DNA of 64,000 nucleotides from a bacterium (lineage in GTDB: Bacteria; Krumholzibacteriota; Krumholzibacteriia; G020349025). The translations under genes and the position numbers were made by a program. The stretch spans positions 1-64,000 of the forward strand of contig JANLSU010000017.1 in the NCBI GenBank assembly GCA_031362565.1, given 5' to 3'. Shown here piece by piece: positions 62,352 through 64,000 of this stretch. The notes under the pieces were generated by a model, which worked only from the letters and a program-made list of their open reading frames with translations, was not told the DNA's origin and searched no databases. Numbering within the stretch: position 1 is the first letter of the stretch; each line of letters opens with the position of its first letter.

Positions 62352-64000
62352 ATGGCGAGCGTGCGCGAAGTCCCAAGCCGCTATGGCGTCCGCTCCGAAC
62401 GCTTCTCGACGCTGATGGCGCACCGCGTCCACACGATCCTGCTGGTCGCGTCACGCTATGACTCGTTCCTGCTCGAAGAGGAAGGCCAACTCGCCGAGCT
62501 TTTGGCGCGCGAGTACCGGGCGCTCAACCTCAACCTGCGCGATGTGCCGCGTCTCGTGGCCGCGGAAAGCGGCCGCGAGGCGCTGGAGCTGGTCGGCACG
62601 ACCTCGTTCGATCTCGTCGTCGCCACGACACGTCTCGTAGACATGTCCCTGGTCGAGTTCGCGGAGAAGCTGGACGCGGTGGCGCCCAAGCTGCGGCTGG
62701 GCGTGCTGGTACCGCATGCCTGGGATCTGCCGCGCCTTGCCGGCCTACGCGACTCGGGCACCGTCGACCACGTCTTCTTGTGGCAGGGCGACGTCAAGAC
62801 GCTATTCGCGATGATCGTCCTCGAAGAGGACCGCCGCAATGTCGAGCACGATGTGCGCAAGGGTGGCGTGCAGGTGATCATCGTCGTCGAGGACGACTTC
62901 CGTTTCCTGTCGTACTACTTGCCGCGTGTGTACGCGGAGGTCACCCGCCAAACAGCCGAAGTCGTCGCCGATGCCTTCAACCTGTCGGACCAGCTCCTGC
63001 GCCTGCAAGCGCGGCCCAAGATCTTGCTGGCGCGGACGTTCGAACGGGCCTGGGAACTGTGGCAGCGCTATTCGGACCACGTGCTGGCGTTGATCGCCGA
63101 CGTCGGCTTCCCGCACGAGGGCACGCTCACCCCACACGCCGGGCTCGAACTGGCGCGGCGCGTGCGCCAGGAAGTTGTCGACTTACCCGTGCTCCTGCAG
63201 TCGTCCGACGCGAGTGTCGCGGAGGCGGCGCACGCCGCCGGCCTGAACTTCACGCCCAAGGAAGGCGGGGCGCCGGTCGATGCCCTGCGCACCTTCTTGA
63301 AGGACAAGTGCGGCTTCGGCGAGTTCGCCTTCCGCTTGGCGGACGGCTCGCAAGTCGGCCGGGCAGCGAACCTGCGCCAGCTCGTGACTGAACTACAGCG
63401 AGTGCCGGAAGCCTGCCTGGAGCATCACGCCAGCCACAACGAATTCTCGCGTTGGCTGGCAGCGCGCACCGAGTTCGAGCTGGCGGCCATGGTCAGGCCA
63501 CGCAAGGTGTCGGAGTTCGGGTCGGTGGCCGGGCTGCGGACATTCCTGGTCGACGAAGTGTCGCGTTACTTGCGCGACATCCAACGCAGTGTGGTGGTTG
63601 ATTTCGAGGAGAACCGTTTCGACGACTTGGTCTCGTTCGCGCGCATCGGCGATGGGCCGCTGGGCGGCAAGGGCCGCGGCTTGGCGTTCGTGCAGCGCTT
63701 GCTAGCCGAAGAGCATCCGATTCTGGAAGGTGTCGAGGTGGCGGTGCCGCAAACCGTCGCCATTGCCGCCGACGTCTTCGAGGCCTACTTGGAAACGAAC
63801 GGCCTGCGGTCGGTGCTGCAGCGTTTGTCCAGCCTGGAAGACGAAGAGATTCTGGATGCGTTCCGCCCCGGCCGGTTCGACCGCTCGATCCGCTCCAAGC
63901 TCGCCGCTTATCTCAAAGTCCTGCGCGTGCCAATTGCGGTGCGCTCGTCGAGCGTGCTCGAGGATTCGCCCTATCAGCCGTTCGCGGGCGTCTATTCGAC
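62352..64000 (+). CDS. Receiver-like + PEP/pyruvate-binding (PPDK_N) domain protein, 3' end outside window
   Basis: Not in the ORF track because it runs off the edge. ATG follows GGAGG. Reads ILLVASRYDSFLLEEEG, IIVVEDD, LGGKGRGLAF and AVRSSSVLEDS..QPFAGVY. Confidence 0.85.
   Translation, partial: MASVREVPSRYGVRSERFSTLMAHRVHTILLVASRYDSFLLEEEGQLAELLAREYRALNLNLRDVPRLVAAESGREALELVGTTSFDLVVATTRLVDMSLVEFAEKLDAVAPKLRLGVLVPHAWDLPRLAGLRDSGTVDHVFLWQGDVKTLFAMIVLEEDRRNVEHDVRKGGVQVIIVVEDDFRFLSYYLPRVYAEVTRQTAEVVADAFNLSDQLLRLQARPKILLARTFERAWELWQRYSDHVLALIADVGFPHEGTLTPHAGLELARRVRQEVVDLPVLLQSSDASVAEAAHAAGLNFTPKEGGAPVDALRTFLKDKCGFGEFAFRLADGSQVGRAANLRQLVTELQRVPEACLEHHASHNEFSRWLAARTEFELAAMVRPRKVSEFGSVAGLRTFLVDEVSRYLRDIQRSVVVDFEENRFDDLVSFARIGDGPLGGKGRGLAFVQRLLAEEHPILEGVEVAVPQTVAIAADVFEAYLETNGLRSVLQRLSSLEDEEILDAFRPGRFDRSIRSKLAAYLKVLRVPIAVRSSSVLEDSPYQPFAGVYS

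Overview
GC-rich bacterial genomic window, mostly housekeeping and envelope genes. I found no rRNA, tRNA, CRISPR array, reverse transcriptase or phage genes. The window begins at the left end of a complete IS1380-family element (1-1794) that disrupts a substrate-binding/vWA lipoprotein gene. Recognisable genes include tyrS, lhgO, a polar amino-acid ABC importer, mazEF, DUF885, an S8 peptidase, a glycogen debranching enzyme, an aquaporin, a TetR/TolC/HlyD/ABC efflux operon, beta-carbonic anhydrase, a frameshifted MATE pump, Fic, a DM13-spondin-GMC-VOC-glucose dehydrogenase operon, TRAP membrane subunits, an M16 peptidase, TMEM175, GH113, MOSC, GT2, gdhA and a partial receiver/PEP-synthase-like gene. 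The strongest unexplained signal is in the secretome. Six signal-peptide proteins, from at least three unrelated passenger families, end in the same gapless 16-residue tail V-[AGS]-V-x4-W-x2-V-K-x-[LM]-[YF]-[RK]-stop, a candidate C-terminal sorting signal that I cannot match to a named family. Three of the six form a tandem paralogue array with a conserved 7-Cys scaffold and hypervariable loops. They coexist with cohesin/dockerin-like proteins carrying PNPFNP FlgD-Ig tails and a peptidase with a Cys-TM-Arg tail. This pattern suggests a Latescibacterota/Krumholzibacteriota/Eisenbacteria-like host (inference). All family assignments come from reading motifs by eye, not from database searches.
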